64,000 nucleotides of DNA from Oscillospiraceae bacterium (GCA_015068605.1 SVKF01000004.1:41949-105948), one strand, 5' to 3'. Positions 1-8,764 are shown, counted from the first letter of the stretch. Notes: generated by a model from the sequence alone, not told the origin. A program made the numbers and translations.

Positions 1-929
1 ACAATTAAATCTTTCAAGTCAAGGTTTTCTCTGTTCATATCAACCGCATTTATTCTGCTGTTATAATATGTTGTATAATAATATATCCCCCTGTCGGTAT
101 TGCAACAAGATGAGTAATTTGTTATTTCAAAATCATTCCCCACTTTAACACAGCCTTTTTGCTGATAAACCGAATATAAAATACGAAAAAACTGACTTAC
201 AATCTCATTTTCGGTTTCCCCAAAAACAGAATTAAGCTTCGTAAATGATGCTCTCACAAATCTTGACATGGAAGAAAGGTCTCCCGGAAGACCAATTCCT
301 CCCATTCCTCTGCTGTATGCCTTAAGCTCCACCTTATCCGAAAACTTATTTTCAGGCTCATTTGGTGAAACAGACATATAATTGGAAAGATTGAAAAGCT
401 GTATATCAAATGGCGGATTATTGGTGAGCACCCCCACGGGATTATCATATATTTTCAACCCGTCTTTTGTTTGTTCAACTGTTATTGTTTTGTTTTTATC
501 TGCAATTATCCAATGAAGGGGAGTTGGTGACAGTCCTTCATCAAACTTTTCTCCTGTTATGTTTATGTTTTTCAAAAGCATTTCTGCCTCAGCAATATTT
601 TGGCAACTTGTTAAAATCCACGGAATAAACTCAAAGGATGCAATATTTTCTTTTCCGACAATATCGTTGTTATAGTGGGCATTATCGGGAAAATTCAGCC
701 CCGCCATACTCAACCCCATTTCGTTACTTGCATCGAAATATAAGGGATAGCCATTCATAGGGAGCGCCATTCCGATTATGGCATAGTGGCTTTTAATTTC
801 CCTGCCGTTTCTGAATATAAACTTATAATTTCTCGGTGTAATAGTTATTTTCTCACCAAAAGTATGCTCAAAATCAAGATTTCTTCCAAAATAATTATCT
901 TTAACCGTAATCGAAATTGCCGTACACAT
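1..929 (-). CDS. bsh: Choloylglycine (conjugated bile salt) hydrolase, Ntn-hydrolase family; C-terminus runs off the window start
   Basis: Absent from the supplied ORF track because no stop lies inside the window. Reverse translation from the ATG at 929 is open to position 1: MCTAISITVKDNYFGRNLDFEHTFGEKITITPRNYKF...LHWIIADKNKTITVEQTKDGLKIYDNPVGVLTNNPPFD...GLPGDLSSMSRFVRASF...YSSCCNTDRGIYYYTTYYNSRINAVDMNRENL. The Met-Cys2 nucleophile and block order match Clostridium perfringens-type BSH as I recall it. Confidence 0.85.
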   Translation of the reverse strand, partial: MCTAISITVKDNYFGRNLDFEHTFGEKITITPRNYKFIFRNGREIKSHYAIIGMALPMNGYPLYFDASNEMGLSMAGLNFPDNAHYNNDIVGKENIASFEFIPWILTSCQNIAEAEMLLKNINITGEKFDEGLSPTPLHWIIADKNKTITVEQTKDGLKIYDNPVGVLTNNPPFDIQLFNLSNYMSVSPNEPENKFSDKVELKAYSRGMGGIGLPGDLSSMSRFVRASFTKLNSVFGETENEIVSQFFRILYSVYQQKGCVKVGNDFEITNYSSCCNTDRGIYYYTTYYNSRINAVDMNRENLDLKDLI

Positions 930-1155
930 AAAATAACCTCTCTTTCTGCGATTATTTTAAGCACATTTCGTTTTTTTATATCCTTAAAGTTTAATCTTTG
1001 CAATATTAAAAATCAGATTGCATTAATTTTGACCTTAACGCCCCTCTACTGCAAAACAATTAAGTTAATTTTACCATATTTTTTACAGATTTTCAATACA
1101 GATTTATCCCTAAATATAAAAATATTAAAATTCTGTGAAATTTTTATTATATGAC

Positions 1156-1184
1156 TTGCATTTTTTGGAAAAATATATTATAAT
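1156..1184 (+). promoter_or_regulatory. Sigma-A-type promoter candidate upstream of pgsA-copA
   Basis: TTGCAT (1156-1161), 17 nt spacer, TATAAT (1179-1184); lies 45 nt upstream of the pgsA start. Confidence 0.45.
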
Positions 1185-1229
1185 AGAAATATTAATTTTT
1201 TTCTAAAGTTTTATATGGGAGATGTTTAT

Positions 1230-1769
1230 ATGATTCCAAATATTATCACTACATTTCGGCTTTTTCTTGTGCCGTTGTTTGCATATCTTATGCTTGTTGA
1301 AGATAATATTTTTCTTGCGTGTATAATTTTTATTATCTCGGGAGTGAGCGACGTAATCGACGGAATTATTGCCAGAAAGTGTAATATGATTACCGAAACA
1401 GGAAAGGTTTATGACCCACTCGTTGATAAGCTTATGCAGCTCACTGTTATTCTCGCTTTTGCCGCAAGAGATTTCATTCCGTTTTGGGTTTTAATCATCA
1501 TAATTGCAAAGGAATGTTTTATGATTCTTGCAGGACTTGTGCTTTATATCAAAAAGATAATCGTTCAGGCGAAGTGGTTCGGCAAGCTTTCAACAGTTGT
1601 TTTCTATGCTGTTATTTTAATGCTTGTTTTATTTAAGGATTCTTCTGTATGGTTTACAACATTTGCTCTTCTTGTTCTTGTTGCATCCATACTCTTCTCC
1701 GCATTTGGGTATATTGCACAGTTTGTGTCAGGGCAAAGAAGGGATAAGAAAAATGAAAGTATTTCTTAA
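1230..1769 (+). CDS. pgsA: CDP-diacylglycerol--glycerol-3-phosphate 3-phosphatidyltransferase (CDP-alcohol phosphatidyltransferase family)
   Basis: Motif DVIDGIIARKCNMITETGKVYDPLVDKL fits D-x2-DG-x2-AR...G-x3-D-x3-D. Multiple TM segments. GGGAG lies 8 nt before the ATG at 1230; the ORF track starts 15 nt earlier at 1215. Confidence 0.85.
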   Translation: MIPNIITTFRLFLVPLFAYLMLVEDNIFLACIIFIISGVSDVIDGIIARKCNMITETGKVYDPLVDKLMQLTVILAFAARDFIPFWVLIIIIAKECFMILAGLVLYIKKIIVQAKWFGKLSTVVFYAVILMLVLFKDSSVWFTTFALLVLVASILFSAFGYIAQFVSGQRRDKKNESIS

Positions 1770-3909
1770 AATCTCAGGTATGCATTGTGCCGCCTGCAGT
1801 GGCAGAGTTGAACGCAATATTTCAAAAATTGAAGGCATTGAAGCGGTTTCCGTTAATCTTGCAACCGGAATTGCTTCTTTTTCTTGTGCCGAAAATTCGC
1901 AACTTGATGCAGTTATCGAAAAAGTTCGGGATTTAGGGTTCGGTGCAGAGCTTCTCGAAAATCTTGACCCCGAAAAGGAAAAAAAGGCTTCTGTTAAAAG
2001 ACAAAGGCTCCGTTTGATTTCTCTTGTTTCTTCAGCAATTCTTACCATGCCGCTGATTATGGGTATGTTTCTTCACTGGTTTGGCTTTCATGGTTTTGAA
2101 ATTCTCCACAACGGATATTTTCAACTCATTTTAGCAACTCCTGTTCAGTTTATAATCGCATTCCCTTTTTACAGAGGTGCTTTTCGTTCAATAAAGGCAA
2201 AAAGTCCCGATATGGATGTTTTGATTGCTCTTGGCACAGGTACAGCCTACTTCTACAGTCTTTATAATGTTTTAATAGGGAATACCGACGGTATGGATGG
2301 GCTTTATTTTGAATCTTCGATGACAATAATAACTCTCATTCTTTTAGGAAAATATCTTGAGGACAAAGCAAAAGCAAAGACCTCCTCTGCCGTTGATCGG
2401 CTTCTTGATCTCCAGGTAAAGGATGCACACCTTTATCTTGACGGAGAAATCCGTGATGTTTCAGTTGACAGTATCAAAAAAGGTGATATTCTGCTTGTTC
2501 GCCCCGGGGAGACCATCCCCCTTGACGGCAAAGTGGTTTTCGGGTCTTCCGATGTTAATGAGGCTATGCTCACGGGAGAAAGTATGCCGGTTTTCAAAGA
2601 AGAAAACGACCTTGTGTGCGGAGGGACAATCAATATTTCCGGTGCTTTCCGTTTTGAAGTCACCGCAACAGGCGACGAGACCGCCCTCTCCGGTATTATT
2701 CGTCTTGTCCGTGATGCTCAGGGAAACAAAGCCCCGATTCAAAGACTTGCTGATAAAATTTCCGCAGTTTTTGTTCCGGCAATCCTCATTATTGCTGTTT
2801 TAACATTTACCCTTTGGTATATTTTCTCGGGAGATATTGCCCGTTCCGTTATAAATGCAGTTTCCGTTCTTGTTATTGCCTGTCCTTGCTCCCTTGGACT
2901 TGCAACCCCGACAGCAATTATGGTCGGGACCGGTCTTGGAGCTGAAAACGGTATTTTGATTAAAGGCGGAAAAGAGCTGGAAAACACCGGCAAAGTTTCC
3001 ACCGTTGTTATGGATAAGACAGGAACTATAACCTCCGGAAAACCGCAGGTCAGCAATTTCTTTACCACTATTGACGAAGGTGAATTTCTTGCAATTTCCG
3101 CATCTGCAGAACAAAACTCCGAACATCCGTTAGGCGTTTCAATTGTTGAATATGCAGAAAAATCAGGTGCAACCATTCCTCTTGCAACAGATTTTCTTTC
3201 ATATTCCGGCAAAGGCGTTTTAGCAACTGTCAATCACAAAAAGCTTCTGCTCGGCAACAGTCGTCTTATGGTGGAAAATGGTATTGATATTTCGTCAGTT
3301 CCAAAGAATAGTGAAGCAACAATTGTTTATGTTGCCTCCGAAAACAGCTTAATCGGATATTTTGAAATAAAGGATATGATTAAACCCACATCAAAGGAAT
3401 CCGTTTTAAAGCTTTCAGATATGGGAATTGATGTTGTTATGATTACAGGGGACAGCACAGCCGTTGCAAACGCTGTTGCAGAAAATGTCGGAATTTCCCG
3501 TGTTATAGCAGAGGTTCTCCCCGGAGGAAAAGCCGACGAAATAAAAAAGCTTCAGTCCGAAGGTGAGGTCATCGCTATGGTCGGTGACGGGATAAATGAT
3601 GCTCCGGCTCTCGCACAATCAGATATAGGAATTGCAATGGGAACCGGTGCCGATATAGCAATCGAAGCATCAAGCATAACAATTCCGGGCGGAGATTTGC
3701 TTTCTGTCCCTGCTTCAATCAAGCTTTCAAAGCTTACCATGAGAAAAATCAGGCAAAACCTCTTCTGGGCATTTATTTATAATTCAATCTGCATTCCTTT
3801 TGCGGCACTTGGATTTTTAAGCCCGATTATAGCCGGTGCGGCTATGGCAATGAGCTCTGTGTCGGTTGTTTCAAACTCATTGCTCTTAAAAAGAAAAAAG
3901 ATAAAATAA
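1753..3909 (+). CDS. copA: Copper/heavy-metal translocating P1B-type ATPase
   Basis: HMA domain GMHCAACSGRVE, CPC motif (ACPCSLGLATP), DKTGTIT phosphorylation site, GDGINDAP hinge. The likely start is MKVFLKISGMHC at 1753. The track ORF from 1624 is an in-frame upstream extension that overlaps pgsA. Confidence 0.93.
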   Translation: MKVFLKISGMHCAACSGRVERNISKIEGIEAVSVNLATGIASFSCAENSQLDAVIEKVRDLGFGAELLENLDPEKEKKASVKRQRLRLISLVSSAILTMPLIMGMFLHWFGFHGFEILHNGYFQLILATPVQFIIAFPFYRGAFRSIKAKSPDMDVLIALGTGTAYFYSLYNVLIGNTDGMDGLYFESSMTIITLILLGKYLEDKAKAKTSSAVDRLLDLQVKDAHLYLDGEIRDVSVDSIKKGDILLVRPGETIPLDGKVVFGSSDVNEAMLTGESMPVFKEENDLVCGGTINISGAFRFEVTATGDETALSGIIRLVRDAQGNKAPIQRLADKISAVFVPAILIIAVLTFTLWYIFSGDIARSVINAVSVLVIACPCSLGLATPTAIMVGTGLGAENGILIKGGKELENTGKVSTVVMDKTGTITSGKPQVSNFFTTIDEGEFLAISASAEQNSEHPLGVSIVEYAEKSGATIPLATDFLSYSGKGVLATVNHKKLLLGNSRLMVENGIDISSVPKNSEATIVYVASENSLIGYFEIKDMIKPTSKESVLKLSDMGIDVVMITGDSTAVANAVAENVGISRVIAEVLPGGKADEIKKLQSEGEVIAMVGDGINDAPALAQSDIGIAMGTGADIAIEASSITIPGGDLLSVPASIKLSKLTMRKIRQNLFWAFIYNSICIPFAALGFLSPIIAGAAMAMSSVSVVSNSLLLKRKKIK

Positions 3910-4099
3910 ATTTCAGGCATATAAAGTGTTTGTTTCTTTTAATGCCCAAAAATACATACTGGGCAATTCCAAATTTTGCAATAACACTAATTTTAACATT
4001 ATTTATAATAAATTCTTTCTGCGCTATATTAAACAGATTTTTTCCGAAGATTTACTCTGTTATAATGGGTGCAAGATAAGTTGGTAGCTCGTTTGACAA

Positions 4100-4140
4100 A
4101 ACGGCAAGGAAAACATCAAATTTTCCTTGCCGTTGTTTAA
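4100..4140 (+). terminator. Intrinsic terminator-like hairpin
   Basis: 14 bp perfect stem AACGGCAAGGAAAA (4100-4113) / TTTTCCTTGCCGTT (4121-4134), 7 nt loop, followed by GTTTAATTT. Confidence 0.6.
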
Positions 4141-4155
4141 TTTCTCAATATCTGC

Positions 4156-4214
4156 CCGTCTTGATGACTTTGCCATCAAGACGGCGGTGTAAAAAAGCTC
4201 ATTTTTTACACCGC
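4156..4214. terminator. Two abutting hairpins in the copA/SASP convergent gap
   Basis: First hairpin: CCGTCTTGATG (4156-4166) / CATCAAGACGG (4174-4184). Second hairpin: GCGGTGTAAAAAA (4184-4196) / TTTTTTACACCGC (4202-4214). Confidence 0.45.
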
Positions 4215-4362
4215 ATTTCTTAGGGGATATAAAAAATTATTTCAAAACGGATAAACTGTCTTTGAGTTACCCGAAGGTTGAACTAAGCTTTTTTATACCC
4301 CTTATCTTATGGGAAATTATATCTTTCTCATAAGATAAATAAATACAATTTTAATGGTTTGG

Positions 4363-4578
4363 TTACATGCTCTGACCGTTTGCCATATCCTGTTCAGCCT
4401 TCTGGATCATTTTCTTTACCATCTGACCGCCGATTGAGCCTGCCTGTCTTGAAGTAAGGTCACCGTTGTAACCTTCTTTAAGCTGTACACCAACTTCATT
4501 AGCAGCTTCCATCTTAAACTTATCCATAGCTGCTCTTGCCTGTGGAACTACCACACTGTTATTACTCTTGTTTGCCAT
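4363..4578 (-). CDS. Small acid-soluble spore protein, alpha/beta type
   Basis: 71 aa. KFKMEAANEVGV...GDLTSRQAGSIGGQMVKKMI is the classic alpha/beta SASP signature. GGGAGGTG lies 8 nt upstream of the ATG. Confidence 0.93.
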   Translation of the reverse strand: MANKSNNSVVVPQARAAMDKFKMEAANEVGVQLKEGYNGDLTSRQAGSIGGQMVKKMIQKAEQDMANGQSM

Positions 4579-4804
4579 TTCTGACTCACCTCCCTTATTT
4601 TACAAAGCATCAAAAAATATGTGAATTTTTCAATGTTTTGTTTTCAAGTATAGTTTGTCTCAACAGCACAACTTTAAACATTGTAATTTTTGTTTTTACT
4701 TACAAATTTTTCTTTATTAAAGTCATTTTAATTTTTTGTGTCAAAATCTTTCTCGATGAGTAAAATAATATTAAAGATTTAGTGTGGAGGATTTTATTAT
4801 CCGC

Positions 4805-4824
4805 GCAAAATGATTTCATTTTGC
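4805..4824. repeat. Copy of a short palindromic intergenic repeat, GCAAAATGATTTCATTTTGC
   Basis: An identical 20-mer occurs at 39826-39845. The 15-mer core GCAAAATGATTTCAT recurs in reverse orientation at 58972-58986. Confidence 0.7.
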
Positions 4825-4934
4825 TTCAGCTCCCGCACATAGACGAAATTAATCTCTTATCATTCCTTGCTCTGCAGATAGGAGAAAATTAATTACTTTT
4901 TATGCCGATGCAGAGCGGCGGAATGGAGATTATT

Positions 4935-6770
4935 ATGTGTGGAATAGGCGGTTTCGCAGATTTTACTGACCGTATCCCAAACGATAAAAAAATAATCGAA
5001 AAAATGAGTAAAACCTTAAGTCGTCGTGGTCCTGACCAAATCGGAAACTATATTAACAATAATATAGCATTTATTCACCGACGGCTTTCCGTTATAGATT
5101 TAAGCCACGGACTTCAGCCAATGCTAAAAGAGGCATTCGGAAATAAATTTGTTATAACATATAACGGTGAGCTTTATAATACCTCTGATTTGCGGTCGGA
5201 GCTTTCCTGTCTCGGATATAAGTTTAATGAAAATTCGGACACCGAGGTGCTTCTTACCTCATATATAGAATGGGGCGAGGATTGCGTCTCTCATCTTAAT
5301 GGAATATTCGCTTTCGCAATTTATGACGAAAAACGACAAAAAATTTTTATTGCCCGTGACAGAGCCGGTGTTAAGCCCTTCTTCTATTCGCTTTTTAATA
5401 ACACCTTCGTTTTCGGCTCGGAGATAAAAACCATTCTCTCCTACCCTCATATTACACCCCAAATAAACAACGAATCTCTCGCAGAGGTTTTTCTTATAGG
5501 TCCGGGCAGAACATCGGGCAAGACACCATTTTCAAATATTTTTGAATTGCGCCCCGGTGAATGTGGAGTATTTTCCGGGCAAGGGCTGAAAAAAAGAATA
5601 TACTGGAGCCTTAAAGCCCACGTACATCTGGACGATTTTGAAAGAACAAAACGTAATTTAAGGGAGCTTATTTGTGATTCAATTTCACGACAAACTGTCT
5701 CAGATGTTCCTCTCTGTTGTTTCTTGTCAGGGGGGCTTGATTCAAGCATTATAACAACCATCACGGCAAAGACTGTTGCTCCGGAAACACTGACGACTTA
5801 CTCTGTCGACTATGCTGACAACGATAAATATTTCACCGCATCGGTTTTCCAGCCAAACAGCGACAGCGACTATATTTCCCTCGTATCGGAAAATTCAAAA
5901 ACCGACCATAATATTGTTACAGTCAGCAACACCGAGCTTGCTGAGGCGTTATCCGAGGCAACCTTTGCCCGTGACCTTCCCTGTATGGCAGATGTGGATT
6001 CTTCCCTCCTCCTTTTCTGCCGTCAAGTTAAGAAAACTCATACAGTTGCTTTGTCGGGTGAATGTGCCGACGAAATTTTTGGTGGGTATCCATGGTTCCG
6101 CAACGAAAAAGTTTTGTGGAAAGAGGATTTCCCCTGGAGCGGAAATGTACCTCTTAAAGCAAGCTTTTTAAAGGACGGAATACTTGATTTTTCTCCCACC
6201 GACTATGTTTATCAAAAATATTCCGACACGGTTAATAAAGCAGATTTTCTCCCATCTGATTCAAAAATTGACAAACGCATAAGAGAAATAACTATGCTTA
6301 ACATCAATTGGTTTATGCAGGGACTTTTAGACCGAAAAGACAGAATGAGTATGTACAGCGGACTTGAAGTGAGAGTTCCCTTTTGCGACCACAGGATTTT
6401 GGAATATGCATATAATATTCCCTGGGAAATGAAGAATTATGAAAATCGGGAAAAGGGGCTTGTTCGTGAAGCTTTTTCTGATATTCTTCCTTATGAAATT
6501 GTATGGCGGAAGAAAAGTCCTTACCCCAAAACCCACAACCCTATATATTTTGATGCGGTTAAGAAACTTCTTAAAGATATTATCGACGACAAAACTGCTC
6601 CGATATGGCAGTTTGCGGATTTTGAAATGGTTAAAAAGCTATACGAAAGCGAAGGAAATATTTTTGATGTGCCGTGGTATGGTCAGCTTATGACCGCTCC
6701 GCAGATTTTCGCATACTTCTATTCCATTAACCTTTGGCTTAAAACCTATAAACCGATTTGGTTAAAATAA
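4935..6770 (+). CDS. asnB: Asparagine synthetase (glutamine-hydrolysing)
   Basis: N-terminal MCGI nucleophile (Cys2) of a class II glutamine amidotransferase. SGGLDSS PP-loop. GGAG lies 6 nt before the ATG at 4935; the track ORF starts at 4902. Confidence 0.9.
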   Translation: MCGIGGFADFTDRIPNDKKIIEKMSKTLSRRGPDQIGNYINNNIAFIHRRLSVIDLSHGLQPMLKEAFGNKFVITYNGELYNTSDLRSELSCLGYKFNENSDTEVLLTSYIEWGEDCVSHLNGIFAFAIYDEKRQKIFIARDRAGVKPFFYSLFNNTFVFGSEIKTILSYPHITPQINNESLAEVFLIGPGRTSGKTPFSNIFELRPGECGVFSGQGLKKRIYWSLKAHVHLDDFERTKRNLRELICDSISRQTVSDVPLCCFLSGGLDSSIITTITAKTVAPETLTTYSVDYADNDKYFTASVFQPNSDSDYISLVSENSKTDHNIVTVSNTELAEALSEATFARDLPCMADVDSSLLLFCRQVKKTHTVALSGECADEIFGGYPWFRNEKVLWKEDFPWSGNVPLKASFLKDGILDFSPTDYVYQKYSDTVNKADFLPSDSKIDKRIREITMLNINWFMQGLLDRKDRMSMYSGLEVRVPFCDHRILEYAYNIPWEMKNYENREKGLVREAFSDILPYEIVWRKKSPYPKTHNPIYFDAVKKLLKDIIDDKTAPIWQFADFEMVKKLYESEGNIFDVPWYGQLMTAPQIFAYFYSINLWLKTYKPIWLK

Positions 6771-6795
6771 TAGCTAAACAAAATTATATTAGCAA

Positions 6796-6842
6796 CAAAA
6801 AACTCACCTATGGTATATAAAAATTACCATAGGTGAGTTTTG
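6796..6842. terminator. Bidirectional intrinsic terminator between asnB and the RCC1-repeat gene
   Basis: 14 bp stem ACTCACCTATGGTA (6802-6815) / TACCATAGGTGAGT (6825-6838). An A-run lies upstream and a T-run downstream. Confidence 0.7.
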
Positions 6843-6887
6843 CACTACCTGCATCAAACAGCACAATTCATTTTGTAGCTATTTATA

Positions 6888-8081
6888 TTAAAATAAATCC
6901 CAATTCCCTACATTACACTGTCCATCCCTATTCCCTCCAACAGCAACAACTGTGCCATCCGATTTTAATCCTACGGTATGTCTATCTCCTGCAGAAATTG
7001 CAACTATATCTTCCCAATCTTCAATATCGCACTGACCAATATCATTTCCTCCAACAGCAACCACCGTGCCATCTGATTTTAATCCTACTGTATGTCTATC
7101 CCCTGCGGAAATTGCAACTATATTTCGCCAATCTTCAATATCGCACTGACCATCATCATTTTTTCCGACAGCAACTACCGTGCCATCTGATTTTAATCCT
7201 ACTGTATGATCATATCCCGCGGAAATTGCAACTATATTTCGCCAATCTTCAATATTACAATGTCCATCATCATTATCTCCAACAGCTACAACCATACCGT
7301 CCGATTTTAGTCCTACCGTGTGATCAATCCCTGCAGAAATTGCGATCACATTCTCCCAATCTTCAACATCACACATTCCGTAATTATTCCGTCCCACAGC
7401 TACAACCGTACCATCCGATTTTAGTCCTACTGTGTATTCCTCCCCTGCGGAAATTGCAACTATTTCTTCCCAATCTTCAACATCACACATTCCTGTATCA
7501 TTCCACCCAACAGCTACAACCGCACCATCCGATTTTAATCCTACTATGTGATATCTCCCTGTGGAAATTGCAACTATATTCTCCCACTCTTCAACATTTA
7601 ACTCTTCTTCTCCTTCTCCAACAGCAACAACTGTGCCATCTGATTTTATCCCGGCTGTATGATGATATCCTGCAGAAATATATTTGCCAACCCCTATAGT
7701 ATCCTCATTCACTATTCCATTCACTTCAACGTTCTTCTGTTTTGAATCATTAAAATCAGAAACATCTTTAAGACTATCTTTTTCCTTTTCATCTTCGCTA
7801 TTTTTCATATATTCATTCGCAACGATATCATTATATGTTGGAATAATCAACTTTGTTGTCAGAAAATATCCCCCAATTGCAAGAATAAGAATTATAATGG
7901 AAACAATCATGGTTTTCTTCAGGAACTTTCCTTTCGCTCCACAAACACCCTTTGCTGAGTTTTCATCTTTATTCGACTCTAAAAGCGGGACAACTCTACC
8001 ACATTTTGAGCACTTTCCTGTTTTGTCACTATTGTTTAAAACAAATTTACAGCCACAGTCTTTACATTTATAATCCGTCAT
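6888..8081 (-). CDS. Zinc-ribbon / single-TM / RCC1-like seven-blade repeat protein
   Basis: N-terminal CKDCGC...CSKCG zinc ribbon, one TM helix (MIVSIIILILAIGGYFL), then 7 repeats of about 38 aa matching W.NIVAISAG..HTVGLKSDGTVVAVG.ND.GQC.IED. Confidence 0.8.
   Translation of the reverse strand: MTDYKCKDCGCKFVLNNSDKTGKCSKCGRVVPLLESNKDENSAKGVCGAKGKFLKKTMIVSIIILILAIGGYFLTTKLIIPTYNDIVANEYMKNSEDEKEKDSLKDVSDFNDSKQKNVEVNGIVNEDTIGVGKYISAGYHHTAGIKSDGTVVAVGEGEEELNVEEWENIVAISTGRYHIVGLKSDGAVVAVGWNDTGMCDVEDWEEIVAISAGEEYTVGLKSDGTVVAVGRNNYGMCDVEDWENVIAISAGIDHTVGLKSDGMVVAVGDNDDGHCNIEDWRNIVAISAGYDHTVGLKSDGTVVAVGKNDDGQCDIEDWRNIVAISAGDRHTVGLKSDGTVVAVGGNDIGQCDIEDWEDIVAISAGDRHTVGLKSDGTVVAVGGNRDGQCNVGNWDLF
6891..7691 (-). 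repeat. Coding tandem repeat, about 114 bp x 7 (RCC1-like blades)
   Basis: High nucleotide identity between the 3'-proximal units. For example, ...gtgccatctgattttaatcctactgtatg...gcggaaattgcaactatatttcgccaatcttcaatat... recurs. Confidence 0.8.
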
Positions 8082-8206
8082 TTTCCATCCGCCTTTCTAT
8101 TTACTTCCTTTATCTTATCATAATATATATAAATTGTCAATTAAAACCTCTGCAGATCTGTTTTGTAAACCATCTCACACTCAAAAATATAAACCGATTT
8201 TCGCAT

Positions 8207-8239
8207 AATAAAAGCAGGGATATTCTCCCTGCTTTTATT
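8207..8239. terminator. Terminator downstream of pyrI
   Basis: AAAAGCAGGGA (8210-8220) / TCCCTGCTTTT (8226-8236), 5 nt loop, A/T runs on both sides. Confidence 0.65.
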
Positions 8240-8659
8240 CTATTCTTTTGCTTTTGTTTCACAATATGCACAGCGATATTCGCCGTTTTCCTTATTGGTA
8301 AGTTTGAATATCCGGTCAATGCCCTGCTCGACGGTTGTTATACATCTCGGATTCTTGCAGGTAATTACATTCACAAGCTTTTCAGGAAGCGACAAATGTC
8401 TTTTCTCAACCAGGACACCGTTTTTTATAATATTCACAGTTATATCCGTGTCGATATACCCAAGAATTTCAAAATCAATAGAAACATCTGAGTCAATTTT
8501 TATTATGTCCTTCTTCCCCATTTTCCGACTTTGAGCATTCTTTATAATCGCAACCTGACAATCAAGTTTTTCAAGCTGTAAAAGCTCATATATTTCCATA
8601 CTCTTCCCTGAGGCAATATGGTCAATAACCATTCCGTTTTTAATTGAATCTATATTCAT
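8240..8659 (-). CDS. pyrI: Aspartate carbamoyltransferase regulatory subunit
   Basis: MNIDSIKNGMVIDHI N-terminus. C-terminal Zn domain CKNPRCIT...YRCAYCE. Confidence 0.93.
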   Translation of the reverse strand: MNIDSIKNGMVIDHIASGKSMEIYELLQLEKLDCQVAIIKNAQSRKMGKKDIIKIDSDVSIDFEILGYIDTDITVNIIKNGVLVEKRHLSLPEKLVNVITCKNPRCITTVEQGIDRIFKLTNKENGEYRCAYCETKAKE

Positions 8660-8704
8660 ATAAAATTCCTTTCTATATCACAAAGTTTAAAAAATTTGTT
8701 CAGA

Positions 8705-8764
8705 TTTCCGCTTTGCGGCAAGTGGTACTGTGCTATCTGCACCGCCCCGAGCAAAAAGCGGAAA
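8705..8764. repeat. GC-rich element flanked by 10 bp inverted repeats, inserted between pyrB and pyrI
   Basis: TTTCCGCTTT (8705-8714) and AAAGCGGAAA (8755-8764) are perfect inverted repeats around a GC-rich core (GCGGCAAGTGGTACTGTGCTATCTGCACCGCCCCGAG). Confidence 0.5.

Noticed and set aside
786-1154. 122 aa plus-strand ORF across the bsh start and the AT-rich intergenic region
   Set aside because: It overlaps the well-supported bsh N-terminus on the opposite strand and runs through promoter-like AT-rich sequence. Its composition is low-complexity I/L/K/N/F and it has no SD.
1624-1752. Upstream in-frame extension of the copA ORF (MFYLRILLYGLQ...)
   Set aside because: It overlaps the 3' end of pgsA in another frame. 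The conserved HMA domain begins right after the Met at 1753 (MKVFLKISGMHCAAC), so the extension is most likely not translated.
4068-4100. tRNA-like string GTTGGTAGCTCG
   Set aside because: It only superficially resembles a D-arm. No acceptor stem, anticodon arm or T-arm (GTTCRANYC) can be drawn.
4579-4934. Possible T-box or other riboswitch leader upstream of asnB
   Set aside because: The 350 nt gap has an 8 bp pairing (GCTCTGCA at 4870-4877 with TGCAGAGC at 4908-4915) and a repeat copy. I could not find a T-box sequence (no GGTGGTACCGCG-like motif) or a specifier-loop architecture. Evidence is insufficient.
6891-7691. Regularly spaced repeats considered as a possible CRISPR array (also 31867-31956)
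   Set aside because: Both repeat sets are in-frame coding repeats inside long ORFs with no unique spacers, and no cas genes are in the window.
6833-7699. 288 aa plus-strand ORF (Q/L/H/P-rich, internally repetitive)
   Set aside because: It lies exactly antisense to the RCC1-like repeat gene. Its periodicity simply mirrors the 114 bp coding repeat. It has no SD and a low-complexity composition, whereas the minus-strand frame has a coherent zinc-ribbon, TM and propeller architecture.
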